In this document: one piece after another, positions 24,330 through 37,250 of the stretch | Position numbering within the stretch: position 1 is the first letter of the stretch | Layout of the letters: every line of letters begins with the position of its first letter | Assembly: GCA_976551045.1 (NCBI GenBank) | Contig: CDPCPM010000014.1 | Location: 12,958,001-13,022,000, forward strand | Length of the DNA stretch: 64,000 nt | Direction of reading: 5' to 3' | DNA from: Glaucostegus cemiculus | Lineage: Eukaryota | Notes under the pieces: model-generated | The model's database searches: none | Told to the model about the DNA's origin: nothing | What the model saw: only the letters and a program-made list of their open reading frames with translations | Translations under genes and position numbers: made by a program

Positions 24330-25035
24330 ATCCTCTTACAGGTGAAAACATTTCAATATCTATTCTATGAGGTCTCCTTGGGATCTGACTTGTTTCAATA
24401 AGATCACCCTTCATTCTTCTAAACTCCTAAGAATACAGAACCAACCTGTTTAGCCTCTCTTAATAGGACAATCCTCTCAACCCAGGAATTAGCCTGGTGA
24501 ATCACCTTTGGGCTGCTTCCAATGATACTATATTCTTTCTTAGGTAAGGTGACTAAAATTATGCACAGTTCTCCAGGTGTTGTCTCACCAACAGCCTGTA
24601 GAATTGTAACAAAGCTTTCCTATTTTTAAACTCCAACCCCTTTGCATTAAGGGCCTATAAGCTACCTTCCCAGCACATTCTGCTCAAAGATGGTCAGCAG
24701 GCATGGTAGTGTAGCAGTTAGTGTAACGCTATTACAGCACAGGCAACCCAGATTCAATTCCAGCCACTGTACGTAAAGAGTTTGTATGTTCTCCCCGTGT
24801 CTGCATGGGTTTCTTCCGGGTGCTCTGGTTTCCTTCCATATTCCAAAGGCACATGTGTTAGTTGTTGGCATGCTATGTTGGCACCGGAAGTGTGGAAACA
24901 CTTGCGGGCTGGCCCCCAGAACACTCTACACAAAAGATGTATTTCACTGTGTGTTTCAATGTACATGTGACTAATAAAGATATCTTATCTTATAAGTACT
25001 TGTTGTACCTGCTTGCTAACTTTTTTGTGATTCAT
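24330..25035 (-). mobile_element. CR1 ORF2 C-terminal fragment, interrupted by a V-SINE
   Basis: ORF 24193-24414 begins MKGDLIET; RLIPG-like motif near 24480. Confidence 0.75.
24697..24993 (+). mobile_element. V-SINE, full length, Rex1-type tail
   Basis: Head ggcatggtagtgtagcagttag...ttcaattcc, V-domain, tail gtacatgtgactaataaagatatcttatctta. Confidence 0.9.
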
Positions 25036-25879
25036 GCAACAATGGTTTGCGTCCATTGCTTCAATTTACATGCAAAACTTTGCAATTTGATTACTAGCAA
25101 TTACCATTCACCCTATCCCATACTAACCCACACCACATCAGTTTTAGCAAACCACAAAACAATATGGGGACAATCTAAGAAAATTGTTCACAACCTGTAT
25201 TTTAAACAAAAGGTTTAATTGAGCCATTGTGATTGATGTGAGTTGTAAACATCTGGGAAATAAAACCTATAATAATACCTGTAAACAGCTAAGAGATAGT
25301 CTGACAAAGTGGCATCTGAGGCTTGCATCCAAAGTCTAGGAGGCTTACTGCAGATATTGACATCCATATTTTACAAGTAAAATCAAAATACACATTTTAC
25401 ATAATAAATGCTGTTTCCCTTTCTTTTTCCTTTTTTGCCTTGAAATCTTTGGCAAATATTTGAAATATAAGTTATGTTAATATGATAAATTTTCTTCTAC
25501 ACTAAGATTTGTTAGTAACTTCTCTATTCAAATGTTGCATCAATATCATGGTGCAAGAAGGTAGAGAGTAGTCTGCCAGTTCCTGGTTACTGCCTTGATG
25601 CAAGCATAAAGTAGAAGCATTAGAAGCATCCTATGCTGCAGAAGGACCAAATGCCCTCCAGACACATGCACAGAGACAGACAACAGATACCCATGGAATA
25701 CCAGAGGTTTAAGCCTTGAGTACCATAAGGATTCTAGTTATTCCAGTTGTCTCTCCAGCCCTGCTTATATAATTTCACAGATGTAAATTATTTACATTGA
25801 ATATGTCTTGAGAAATTAAACAAATACAAAATGCTTTTTGATTTTTTAAGGAAATAATATTCTCAAATTTTATTTGTTC

Positions 25880-26660
25880 AGAATCACAGAGCCCTTAATC
25901 ACATGTCATCTATTTCTAACACCTCTGCTTTCAGCCTCTCTCCTCCTGTACAAAGCAAGAGTAAAGTTCCCCTCATCCTCACCTTTCATCCCAGCAGCAG
26001 TGGCATCCAACAGATCGTCCTCCGCAATTTCTGTCAGCTTCGTCAAGATTCCATCATGAAACACATATTCCCCTCCCCTTCCCTTTCAGCATTTCAAGGA
26101 GATTGCTCCCTTTTTGACTCCTTGGTTTGCACTTTTGGCCCTGCCAACCACTCTCCATTTTATGGCAGTTTCTCATGCAAATGCAAGAGGTGCACCTCTT
26201 CCCGTCCCACCATCCAGGGACCCAAACAATCTTTCCAGGTGAAGCAGTAATGTACCTGCATTTCTTCCAATTTAGTTTTCTGCATTCAATGTTCACAATG
26301 TGGCCATATTTGTCTGTCACCGATCTGTGATTTCAGCTCACTTTTTCTCTTTCTATTAGTATAGTCTGGCTCTCTGGTTATGTCCACAGCCTTACTATTA
26401 GCAATCCAGGACTCATATAAAATGCATAATTTCACTCTAAATGCCACATTACCTCATTTGGATTTATCATTTCTCTTTGTTCTGCCCATCCCTCCCTACC
26501 TTCTCTGCCACTGACACTAACTTGTTTTTTTCCTCTTTACAATCTTGAAGGGTTTTGAATCTGAAACCTTAACTCTGTTTCTCTTTCTCCAGATGCTGCC
26601 TGACTTGCTGAGTGTTTCCAGTACATTTTGTTTTTACTTCAGATTTCCAACGTCTATTTT
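25880..26660 (+). mobile_element. Penelope-like element remnant (RT/GIY-YIG linker plus terminal repeat)
   Basis: ORF 25903-26250 reads VPLILTFHP..QQIVLRNF..KHIFPSP..CKCKRC..IQGPKQSFQVKQ; terminal gaagggtt...ctgaaac...gatgctgcctgacttgctgag. Confidence 0.85.
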
Positions 26661-29204
26661 TTTTGTACAAGATGGCATCCAGATGCTGCACAACTAACTG
26701 GACTCAGACAGTCACATCTTATTGACCTAACCCCAGGGAGGAGGCAATGTCTTCCCATCACTGGGACAGTTGATCATAAGGCTGCAGGCAGAAAACATCA
26801 ATAATGACAGTATCCTATGTAATCCTCCTTGTCATATCCTGCTTGCTCTTGAGAGACATTCTCTTCTAATTTGTAAAGTGCAGGTGGTCTGACCAAAGTC
26901 ACTTACTTTCCTCAAACTTATTCCAGCATCTTCTACTTGAACCACTTTTATTTAAGATGATTAAGAACTTCAACTTGATAAGGCAGTGCAATCCTTTGGG
27001 ATGAGCAGCATATTTATTACTGATGATAACCTCAGAGCAATTAGCAGAGCACTATTTTAAATATTACAATGCTGAAATATATGTATTTAAATGTTTTTCA
27101 TAAAATTAGAAATTATACGCTCTGTAGTAAGATTTCTTGACATACAGTAGCAACATTCAAAGTACTTACACAAAACTCCTCTAGAATATGAATAATTGTT
27201 TCTCAAACTTGAATGTAATAGTTCAAAATAGGTAACTTTCTGTTTAGCATTTAAAGACAGACACATTCCTGTCTCTGGACCTAAGGGATTAAAATGCATG
27301 ATATCCTCCTCATGCCATTAATCATCTCAGTAAATGTACACCCACACACCATCCCACTATAAGGAAAATAATCAGTTGCCTCAGACTGTTTTTTCATTGA
27401 ATCATGGAATGGTATGATAGGATCTATGCTGATCCTATTCACCTGCATTAGGCCATATCCCTCGATGCCTAAGTACCTGTCGAAATGATTTTAAATGTTA
27501 CAACTGTATCTGCAACAGGCATGATGGCTGAGAACTGTTGCAGATACAATTACCTGTGTATTTTTACCTGTGAAAGGCATTTGCCCATGTCGCTTGTGCT
27601 TTTGCAAGATATGATTTTGAATCCACTGGTATCCAGGGCCCACCAGCAGAAAATAAAGGGAAATTTGACCCTTTCCCTTATTTGTGGCATTTAACTGCAG
27701 GGGAACACTAGTAATCACCATTATATGTGAAAACGATTGAATTCAGAATATGATCCATTAATAAATAAAGTAATGTTTAAGAACAAGCATGTATTTACTT
27801 GTTTTATTTTCACTTATATTCTCTCTTGTCAATCATGAAAATCATTTGAAGCACTTGTCTCATGGTATCAGTTGGGTGCCAATCATTTTGATATTCAATA
27901 GAGCTGAATGAACCACCTGGAAAACTAAGGAATATCTTTGATTCCATCCAAACATTGAGACACCATAAAACAGTGCATGTAAAACCCATCATGGAACAAA
28001 TATCTGTCACAAGAAGCAAAATTACATTATGCAATATTGTAAACAAACATTTGTTTTCTACAATTATATATACTAAAGGGAGGCAATTGCATCTTGAAAA
28101 AATAGTCTTCTTCAGCCCTACTATTTAAATTACAAAGATGTTATTTATAAATGTTTGTACTATTGGAGCATAGACAAAGTTCTCCTCTCTTGTTTCATTC
28201 TGACTCACAACACATTCTCTGTTCAGGTGTGCACCTTAAGTCCAGTTGGTCTACCATGTCAAGACGGTTGATCAAATTTTCAGCTCACTCAAGTGGGCTT
28301 GAAAGAATTAAATAAAAGAAGCACAAGGCTTTAGGTTTACTCTTCAATGGCGTAACAAAATACCTAACAACAAAGATGGCATCCACTTACTCATGAGAAA
28401 TTTTGTTTGAAATCTAGTAGTTGAGATACAAGTGTGCATAGGTATGTGTTTCTCATAAGGTTGGGGTTTTAAACAGTGTTTTAATCATGTTCTAAATACT
28501 TTAATGCAAAGAAAATTTGCATCTGATCATGTTCAGTATGTCTGCCAGGACATAGTTCTGCACAGGGCTTTTAATACATCTCCCAGCAATGAATACCACA
28601 TTGCTACAAAAGTTTCATTTAACTCCCTCTGCCACGAATATATTTTAAATTAGTGACATGTGATATTTTTGACAATTGAGATGAAGGCACAAAAAGATAG
28701 TCTATCACAATGGCATCAGCCTCGTGCTATACATCTTCTGAAGCCGGTTTTAAGACTGAAGCCTGAAGCCATTAATCACTAGTCAGACATTGCAGTATAC
28801 GGCTGCCCAGCTTTGTTCTGGTTCAAAGCACTGCAGCACCCTTTCAATAGGTTAGCCCAGAAGTTGCTGGAGTGGGATAGCTTATAGTGAGTGCCTTGAG
28901 TGAGATGTTTTCCTTAACCCATGCCTCCAATAAATTATGTGCTACAGATCTGAGAAATGCAAGATCAGCGGTCCATTTTAGACTCTGAATAACTGGACTA
29001 ATGGCCAATGAAGCTGAAGGTTAAGAAAGGAAATTAAGTAAAAGACAGAGGAATTGGATCAATTGGAGTCAATGTAGCTAAAAATGGACTAGGAGAGTTT
29101 AGAAATAGTAAAAGTGTTAACAGTTACAATTAAAGAAAGCACTAAAAATAAATAAGACCACATATTCAATTTTCCTCTTTCATTGCATTTGTGGTTATGG
29201 AGTC

Positions 29205-29652
29205 ATAGTGTCATATAGCATGGAAACAGGCCTTACAAAAGAAACTCATCCATGCTGACTGTGTTGCCCAATGAGCTAGTCCCATCTGCCCGCATTTGGC
29301 CCACAGCCCTCTAAACCTCTCCTATCCATGTACTTATCTAGATGGCTTTTAATGTTGCTGATGTGCCTGCCTCAACCACTATTTCTGGCAGCTCATTCCA
29401 CATATCTACCACCTTTGCATGAAGAGCTGTCCCTGATGTCCCTTTTAAATCTCTCACCTCTAACCTTAAACCTATGATCTCTTGTTTTTAGCACTCCTTC
29501 CCTTTCACAACTGTCTATGCCCCTTATGATTTTATATGCTTCTATAAAGTCACTCCTCAATCTCCAGGGAATAAAGTCCTGGTCCGTGCAATTTCTCCTC
29601 ATAACCCAATGCCCCCAAGTCCACTCAACATCCTGATAAATAGTTTCTGCAC
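29205..29652 (-). mobile_element. CR1 3' end
   Basis: ORF 29393-29602 reads RLRSDFIEAYKIIRGID..TRDHRFKVRGERF; 3' tail at ~29210. Confidence 0.85.
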
Positions 29653-29879
29653 AATTTAAATTTTTATATCACAAAATAGGAAAGGTTGCAGATAGATATG
29701 GGCAGAGTGCAGGCAAATGGAGTTGGCATACATAAGGATCACAGTTGAATTGGACGAGGTGGCCAAAAGGGCCCATTTTTCTGCTGTATGATTCTACCAT
29801 TCTATGAAAATACCAGACCTGATTTGTTAAGGTGTTTAATTTTTACTCATACTACACATCCAGCGATTTCCTGAAACTC

Positions 29880-30240
29880 AAAGGACAAGCTGCCATTTTT
29901 ACAAAACCAACAGCAGAGCAACAGAAATCACGCAGTGATTTATGGTGATTCACAATTTCAGGCTTATTACTTTCTTGCCACAATGTATTTTTTGTGCATT
30001 AATGACACTATGCGCATTGAACTTGCCATTATTTTTGCAGCAAAAGCTGGGCCTTTGTGTTTGAATAAAGGATACAATTTGAGGATCCCAAGGGTATGAA
30101 TCATATTGTTCAAACATGTTGATTCGATACCTCATGAGCAACAAAGGTTCAAATTGTTTATAGTCATTGCAATGATGAATGTAGATTGGACTCTGCAGCT
30201 TTATATATATTTATGTTTCACTTCAATTAAATAAAAGCAA
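29880..30240. promoter_or_regulatory. candidate conserved non-coding enhancer
   Basis: TGATTTATGG (Pbx-Hox type) at 29936-29945, CATTAATGACA, Sox-like CTTTGT/ACAAT, retained CpGs. Confidence 0.4.
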
Positions 30241-33161
30241 TATTAAAACAACAAAAAAACTTTTAATTTTACCAGATTAGATTAAAGAGTGAGTAATGGA
30301 ATGGTGCCGGTGACATATTGCAGAAACCTTTGTCCTCAAATGGGCCTTATTCAAGGTTTTTATATTACAGTGCTCTCAAAACTTGAACACACACACATAT
30401 ACACATGTACACATAGAGACACGTGCACACAAGAAATCAGTAGGACATCTATGCGAGCATTGAACACTCCTCAGTCAATAACAGTAACACAACAAATGCA
30501 TTCAGAATATTTGCATGTCTTTCATAATGAAATCATAAATTTATTTAGCTACAGGTTCTATGCCCACAATAAAAAGTGCTCAGATAGAATTCTACCATTT
30601 TGTACTGGAGAAGGTAATTAAACACCAAAAGGGTATATTTACCTAGCTTATTCGATTTCAAGAACATCATGAGGTATTTCACCGATGGGCATAAGGAAAA
30701 TGGATTTTTGATGTTTGAAGAAGTGCCAATCTATCTGAGAATTTGTATGTAAAACACCTCATTGTCAACATAATTACATCTCTCTTAGATATGGTTCTCC
30801 ACCCTAGCCATTTATGTTTTTCTTTCAACTAATGCAAGTGAATTGACTGCTACAGTCACCATATCTGGAATATGAAATTTGATTAATATACTCAATTTCA
30901 ACCATATCATCTCTTGTTTGAAATTAGCCTCTGCATATCTGGAGCAGGAGTTCATTTCATTTTGAAATGAAAGTGTGACATTATGTTGACAATTTAGCTT
31001 GCCTGTATTGTTGAGAAGTTCATGCATATAAATACAAACAATTACTGTGCTCCCTATCTGAAAATGTCTGAAGATTAAGTGTGCCTGTGGAGTACATTTT
31101 ATATTGTGCTGTCTTTTTTGATTACATGTAATCATCAAACTGATAGGATTTTAATTTCTGGATGTGATTTAAACTCTAATGTAGAACAGCGAGTCGGAAC
31201 AAGTCTTGAAAAATTCCATGGAGAATATTACCCTTTCTGTCAGAATTCATTTTGTTATCATTGCACTTGTGTACATTCTAATATGGAAAGTGTCTTAGCT
31301 TTCTAAAGACAATTAGAACAGTGCAATGTATCCTTCGTCATGTACCAGCATTAAAATTTTTATTGAAATTTGTACTTTAACATCATTTTATTTAAGGCTG
31401 ATGTTATTGGAAGAAAAAGAAAAAAGAAAACAAGACAGATAAAAATAAAAATGGAGTGTGCTTTATTCCCAAACCTTTTAGTGTGAATGTAATCCGCAAT
31501 AGACGTTAAACATGAGTCACTCAAAATTATAGAGAACAACGCAAGTCTTACCATTTATTGCGCACATAAAAGAAAAGCTTCAATAATGCATACATAGTGT
31601 CTATCTGTCCCATGTTGCAACCCTCTGGTAAATAGAGGCTGGAGAATACATAGCTGTTCCTCTGTTGAATCCATTTATTGGATCATTAAATCACTGTAAA
31701 ATTCTGAAGAAGAGTTAAAAGGAGACTGTATAAATATGATAATAATGGACTCCTGTAAGTTCTTTGAAGGTCAGTAGTGTCTTACAGACTATATATGCTC
31801 ATCAATATTTAACATCATCGAAATGAAAAATAATACTGGTCTAATTTAAACAGTCCCAGTGGTGTTTCTTTTGTACCGTGTGCATCTCACTCTTTATAGA
31901 AGTTCGACTGATCAAGACTACAGTTTCTGGGGACTCAACAGATAGAGGAAGAACCTTGTGATTCTGATCAGCTCATGTTTCTGGATATCAAATGATTATT
32001 GCTTCAAGTAATTGGTCAATGGTAAAAGTTCATGTGCCAAAATTAATTATGAATATCGTTTGTGTTTAGCATACAGAATTTTGGCTGAACATTTTACTAG
32101 TTTTTTTACTTCATTTTATTTTTACACCAAACTTATTTCTCACCATTTCAATCTTGCAAGTTTATTTATTATAGGTAAGCTTAATGCTGTCTTAATTTTT
32201 TTTAAATTAATTTACAGACATGGCTATTGCTGATAATGGCAGCAGTTACTGATAACGCTCACCTGGAGGTGAACTATAATCCTTTAGCTGAAGGTACTCC
32301 CTCATGGATGTTTGGTTGGGAGTTCTAGGACTTTAAGCCAGCAATGACAAAGGAATTGTGATCAGTTATGATAATATGTGAATTAGAGAGAGTTATCAAT
32401 AATTCTTGACATCTGATCAGGCATCTTTTGAATCATTTGTAAAGTCATGAGCAGTCAAATACCCTCCTCTGCATTGTATTATTCTTTGAAGTGTAGTGAC
32501 TAAAGAAGATCTTGTAACTAAAATTATTTATCAGAAACCTTATTCAATGATATAGAGACAAAAATCAATGAGTCTGCATTATCTGATCCATATTATTTAT
32601 TATTCAGGCATCTGCAAGCAATATATTAAGTAGCATACATACATGATCCAAATTCGAACATAGCAAATCTATGGTTGGCTTTCTGTATAATGTTAACATT
32701 GAGATTTGTATCAACAATGTTTTACTGAAAGTGATTCAATGGAGTTATATAATTTAGCTCCTCTGAAAGAGGCAGAAGGAATGTGCATTAACAGGGAATT
32801 GCATTCTTGAAAGTTCTGCTGGTTCATCAGCTGAGTAAGAAAGACACAAACTCTTGGCCTATGCTGAGTTTGTTGATGTCAAGCAGTGCGATAGTAAAGT
32901 CAAGGCCGTACTAATAACTCAGAGACACAGAATGATAACCAGAAAGGGGAGAAAGGGTTCCAGTACTGACAGGGAAACCAGAACATTCAACACCTCTTGT
33001 TATTAGCAGAGCTTTGTGTGTGGTTAACCACCAAAGGTGATGGACTCATAACTTACTCTGCATGCTATCCTCCCCTTTGGCCTTGCTCCAACCAATACAG
33101 GTCTTGCATAACATACAAAAGAATGTGAAACTCAAAAATAAATAGCTGATGCTGGAAATAT

Positions 33162-35930
33162 AGAACATAGAACTGGGCAGCACAGCACGATACAGGCCCT
33201 TCGGCCTACAATGTTGTGCCGACCTTTAAACCTCACTTAAGACTATCTAACCTCCTCCTCCCATATATCACTCTATTTTAAATTCCTCCATATGCTATCT
33301 AGTAATCTCTTGAATTTGACCAATGTCCCTGCCTCCACCACCACCCCAGGCAGTGTATTTTTCCCCCATACCACTCTCTGGGTAAAAAACCTTCCTCTGA
33401 TATCGCCCTTGAACTTCCCACCCATTTCCTTCCAGCCATGCCCTCTTGTATTGAACATTGCTGCCTTGGGAAACAGTCACTGGCTGTCCACTTTATCTAT
33501 TCCTCTTAATATTTTATACATCTCTATCATATCTCCTCTCATCCTTCTTCTCTCCAAAGAGTAAAGCCCTAGCTCCCTTAGTCTCTCCTCATAATGCATA
33601 CTCACTAAACCAGGCAGCATCCTGGTAAATCTCCTTTGCATCCTTTCCAACGCTTTCACATCCTTCCTATAATGAAGCGACCAGAACTGGACACAGTACT
33701 CTAAGTCCAACCAGAGTTTTATAGAGCTGCATCATTACCTCATGGCTCTTAAACTCATCCTGCAAGAGATCCCAGAATAATGACCACATCTCCATAGTAC
33801 ATTTCCCTTCAAAAAGGTCATCCCAATTCACACTCGCAAGTTCCAGCCTTAGAGCCTCATAAATTGCCCTTCCCCAATTAAATATTTTCCTGTCCTTTTT
33901 GCTCCTATCCTTGTCCATGACAATGCTAAAGGTTAGGGAGCAGTGATCATTGTCCCCCAAATGCTCACCCACTGAGAAATCTGTCACCTGACCTGGCTCA
34001 TTACCTAATACTAGATCTAATATGGCATTCCCTCTAGTCAGCCTGTCAACATACTGCGACAGGAATCCGTCATGGACACACTTAACAAACTCTGCCCCAT
34101 CTAAACCTTTGGTACTAAGCAGGTGCCACTCAACTTTTGGGAAGCTGAAGTCCCCCATGACAACAATCCTGTTATTTTTGCACCTTTCCAAAATCTGCCT
34201 CCCAATCTGTTCCTCAGAATCCTTGCTGCTACCAGGGGGCCTATAGAATACATCTCGTAGAGTAACTGCTCCTTTCTTGTTCCTAACTTCCACCCATACT
34301 GACGCTAGAGAAGATCCTGCTGAATTATCCACCCTTTCTGCAGCTGTAATAGTATCCCTGACCAGTAATGCCACCCCTCCACCTCTTCTGCCCCCTCCTT
34401 ATCCCTTATAAAATACTGAAATCCAGGAATATTCAGTATCCATTCCTGCCCTGGTGACAGCAAGAGCCACAATGTTATAGTTCCATGTATTTATTCAAGC
34501 TCTCAGTTCATCACCCTTATTCCTGATGCTTCTTGCATTTAAGTAAATGCACTTTAGCCCCTCCACCTTACTACTTTTATAGCCTATACTTTGCTTCTCC
34601 TTCCTCAAAACCTCTCTATATGTTAGATCTGGCTTTATTCCATGCACTTCTTCCACTGAGCTATCCTTCTGGTTCACATCCCCCTTTCAAGCTAGTTTCA
34701 ACCAACTCAACCACACTAGCAAACCTGCCTGCAAGGATATCAGTCCCCCTCGAGTTTAGGTGTAACCCATCCACTTTGTACAGGTTCCACCTTCCCCAGA
34801 AGAGATCACAATGATCCAAAAATCTAAAACCTTGCCCCCTGAACCAACTCCTCAGCCACGCATTCATCTGCCATCTCCTCCTATTCTTACCTTCACTATC
34901 AGGTGGCACTGGCAGCAATCCTGAGATTGCTACCCTTGAGGTCTTGTTCTTCAACCTTCTGCATAGTCCCCTAAACTCCCTTTTCAGGACCTCATCCCTC
35001 TTTCTACCTATGTCGTTGGTACCAACATGTACCATGACTTCTGGCTGCTTCCCCTCCCACACAAGAATGCTGTGGACCTGATCAGAGACATCCTGGAACC
35101 TGGCACCTGGGAGGCAACATACCATCTGGGACTCTCACTCATGTCCAGACAATCTCCTGTCTGTTCCCCTGACTATCGAGTCCCCTATCACGATTGCCCT
35201 CCTTTTCTCCCTTCCCTTCTGAGCAGCAGGACTAGTCCCAGTGCCAGAGACCTGGCTACTGCTGCTTGATCCTCATAGGTCATCCCCTTCAACAGCATCC
35301 AAAGCAGAATACCTGTTCTTGAGGGGCACAGCCTCCGGGGTCATCTGCACTGTCTGCCTGTTCCCTTTCTCTTTCTCTCCCCTGACAGTCACCCACCTAT
35401 CTGCCTCCTGGACCCGAGAAGTACCTACTCTAAGGAGGGGGGAGGGTGATTACCTCCCGATGCACAGCATCTACATAATTCTCTCCCTCCCAGATGCTTC
35501 GCAGTGTTTGAAGCTGCGACTCCAGCTCATCAATTCTGAGCCGAGGTTCCTCCAGCCTCAAGCACTGACTGCAGGTGTGGTCACCGTGCACCACAGCAGG
35601 GACCACTATCTCCCACATCATGCAGCTGCAGCACATCGCCTTGCCCTCCATCTGAACTATTTTTTTCTTACTTAGCTGTATTCTACTTAAAAGTTATAAC
35701 AATATCGGTAAACCTTACCTTTACTTACCAGCTACTCACCAGTGTTGTTGCAGATGGTCTCTGCCTCTTGATGCCGAAGCCTGTTGTGCCAAAGCCACTC
35801 ACTCTGACTCTGTCCACTCCTTCAATGGCCGCTCCACTTGATATGACCTACATTTTATTGGCCCTTCTAAATTAGCCCGGACCTGTGAGGGACCCGCTGC
35901 TCCTTGGTCTCTCTGCTTCTGATTCACTCA
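33162..35930 (-). mobile_element. CR1 with 5'UTR, ORF1 (Cys-finger plus SGNH esterase), APE endonuclease and 3' end; RT deleted
   Basis: ORF 35430-35651 CCSCMMWE..TCSQC..LRIDELE; ORF 34661-35125 VHVGTNDI..DGLHLN; ORF 34495-34677 YLNARSIRNK; ORF 33667-34374 VFYRPP..VMGDF..ILDLVL..DNDH; C-terminal LEYCVQFWS; tail tagaacatagaac. Confidence 0.95.
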
Positions 35931-36860
35931 TGTACTGAATTAATTAAACAGAATTAACTGCCTAATTAAACTAATCCCTTCTGCCTACATAATGTCCACA
36001 TTCCTCCATCCTTTGCACATTCATGTGCCTGTCTAAGAGCCTCTGAAATGTATGTATCGTATTTGCCTCCACCAGTACTCCTGGCAGCACATTCCAGGCA
36101 TCCACTGCTCTCTGTGTAAAAAAAACTAGCCCCACACATCTGCTTTGAACTTACCCCCTCTTACCTTAAATGCATGCCCACTAGTATTACACATTTTGAC
36201 CCTGGGAAAAAGAAACCGGCTGTTTATCAAAGCCTCTCATAATCTTATAAACTTCTATCAGGTCACCCCTCAGCCTCTGAAGCTCCAGAGGAAACAATCC
36301 AAGTTTGTTTAACCTCTCTTTATAGCACATGTCTTCTAATCCAGGCAGCATCCTAGTAAAGCTCTTCTGCACCCTCTCCAAAGCCTCCACGTCCTTCCTA
36401 TAAGTGGGGTGACCAGAACTGGATGCAAGACTCCAGATGCAGCCTAAATTGAGTTTTATAAATCTGCAACATAACTTCCTGACTCTTGAACTCAATGTCT
36501 CGACTAATAAAGGCAAGCTAGCTGCACCCCTTCCTTACCACCCTATCAATTTATTCAGCCACTTTCAAGAAACTATGGACTTAGACCTAGATCCCTCCGT
36601 ACACCAACACCATTAAGGATCCTCCCTTTAACTGTTTACTGTCCCTTTATACTTGATCTTCCAAGTACAACACCTCACATTTGGTTGGATTAAACACCAC
36701 TTGCCCTTTCCCCACCCATATCTGCAACTGATCTCTATCCTACTGTATCCTTTGGCAATCTTCTACACTATCCACAACGCCACCAATCTTTGTATCGTCT
36801 GCGAACCTACTAACTCACCCATCCACATTTTCATCCAGGTCATTTATACATTTAACAAAC
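35931..36860 (-). mobile_element. second CR1, 5'-truncated in the RT domain
   Basis: ORF 36187-36516 reads [34 protein letters not shown]; FADDTKIG near 36780-36805. Confidence 0.9.
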
Positions 36861-36866
36861 AAATAT

Positions 36867-37055
36867 CTAAAACAAAAAACAGAAAAAGCTGGAAATACTC
36901 AGTAGATCATGTCTCATCTGTGGGAAGAAAAATGTTGCAGGTCTGAGACCCTTTGTCAGAAATTCTTGTAAATACTCTGATGCTCTTTTTTCTTCCCATA
37001 GATGCAGCATGACTTCCTGAGAATTTCCATCACTTTCTCTTTTTATTTTAAATGC
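36867..37055. mobile_element. palindromic Penelope-end unit
   Basis: gctggaaatactcag...catctgtgggaagaaaaa pairs with ttttcttcccatagatg...ctgagaatttcca. Confidence 0.75.
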
Positions 37056-37250
37056 TAAAGAGTACCTGGTCCTCAGTAGCTCATGGATATCATTGAAAAG
37101 TAGTGTAGTTTTCCCTTTGGCTGTAAGGTAAGAAGATTTCATGAAGACTTCAGCTGAAGCATTGCTGGAAGTGAAAGGCTCAAACTGTCATGGTGCAGCT
37201 GATTCTTGGTTGATCGGCTCTGGACCATAAATGAGTTCCTGTGTATAAAC

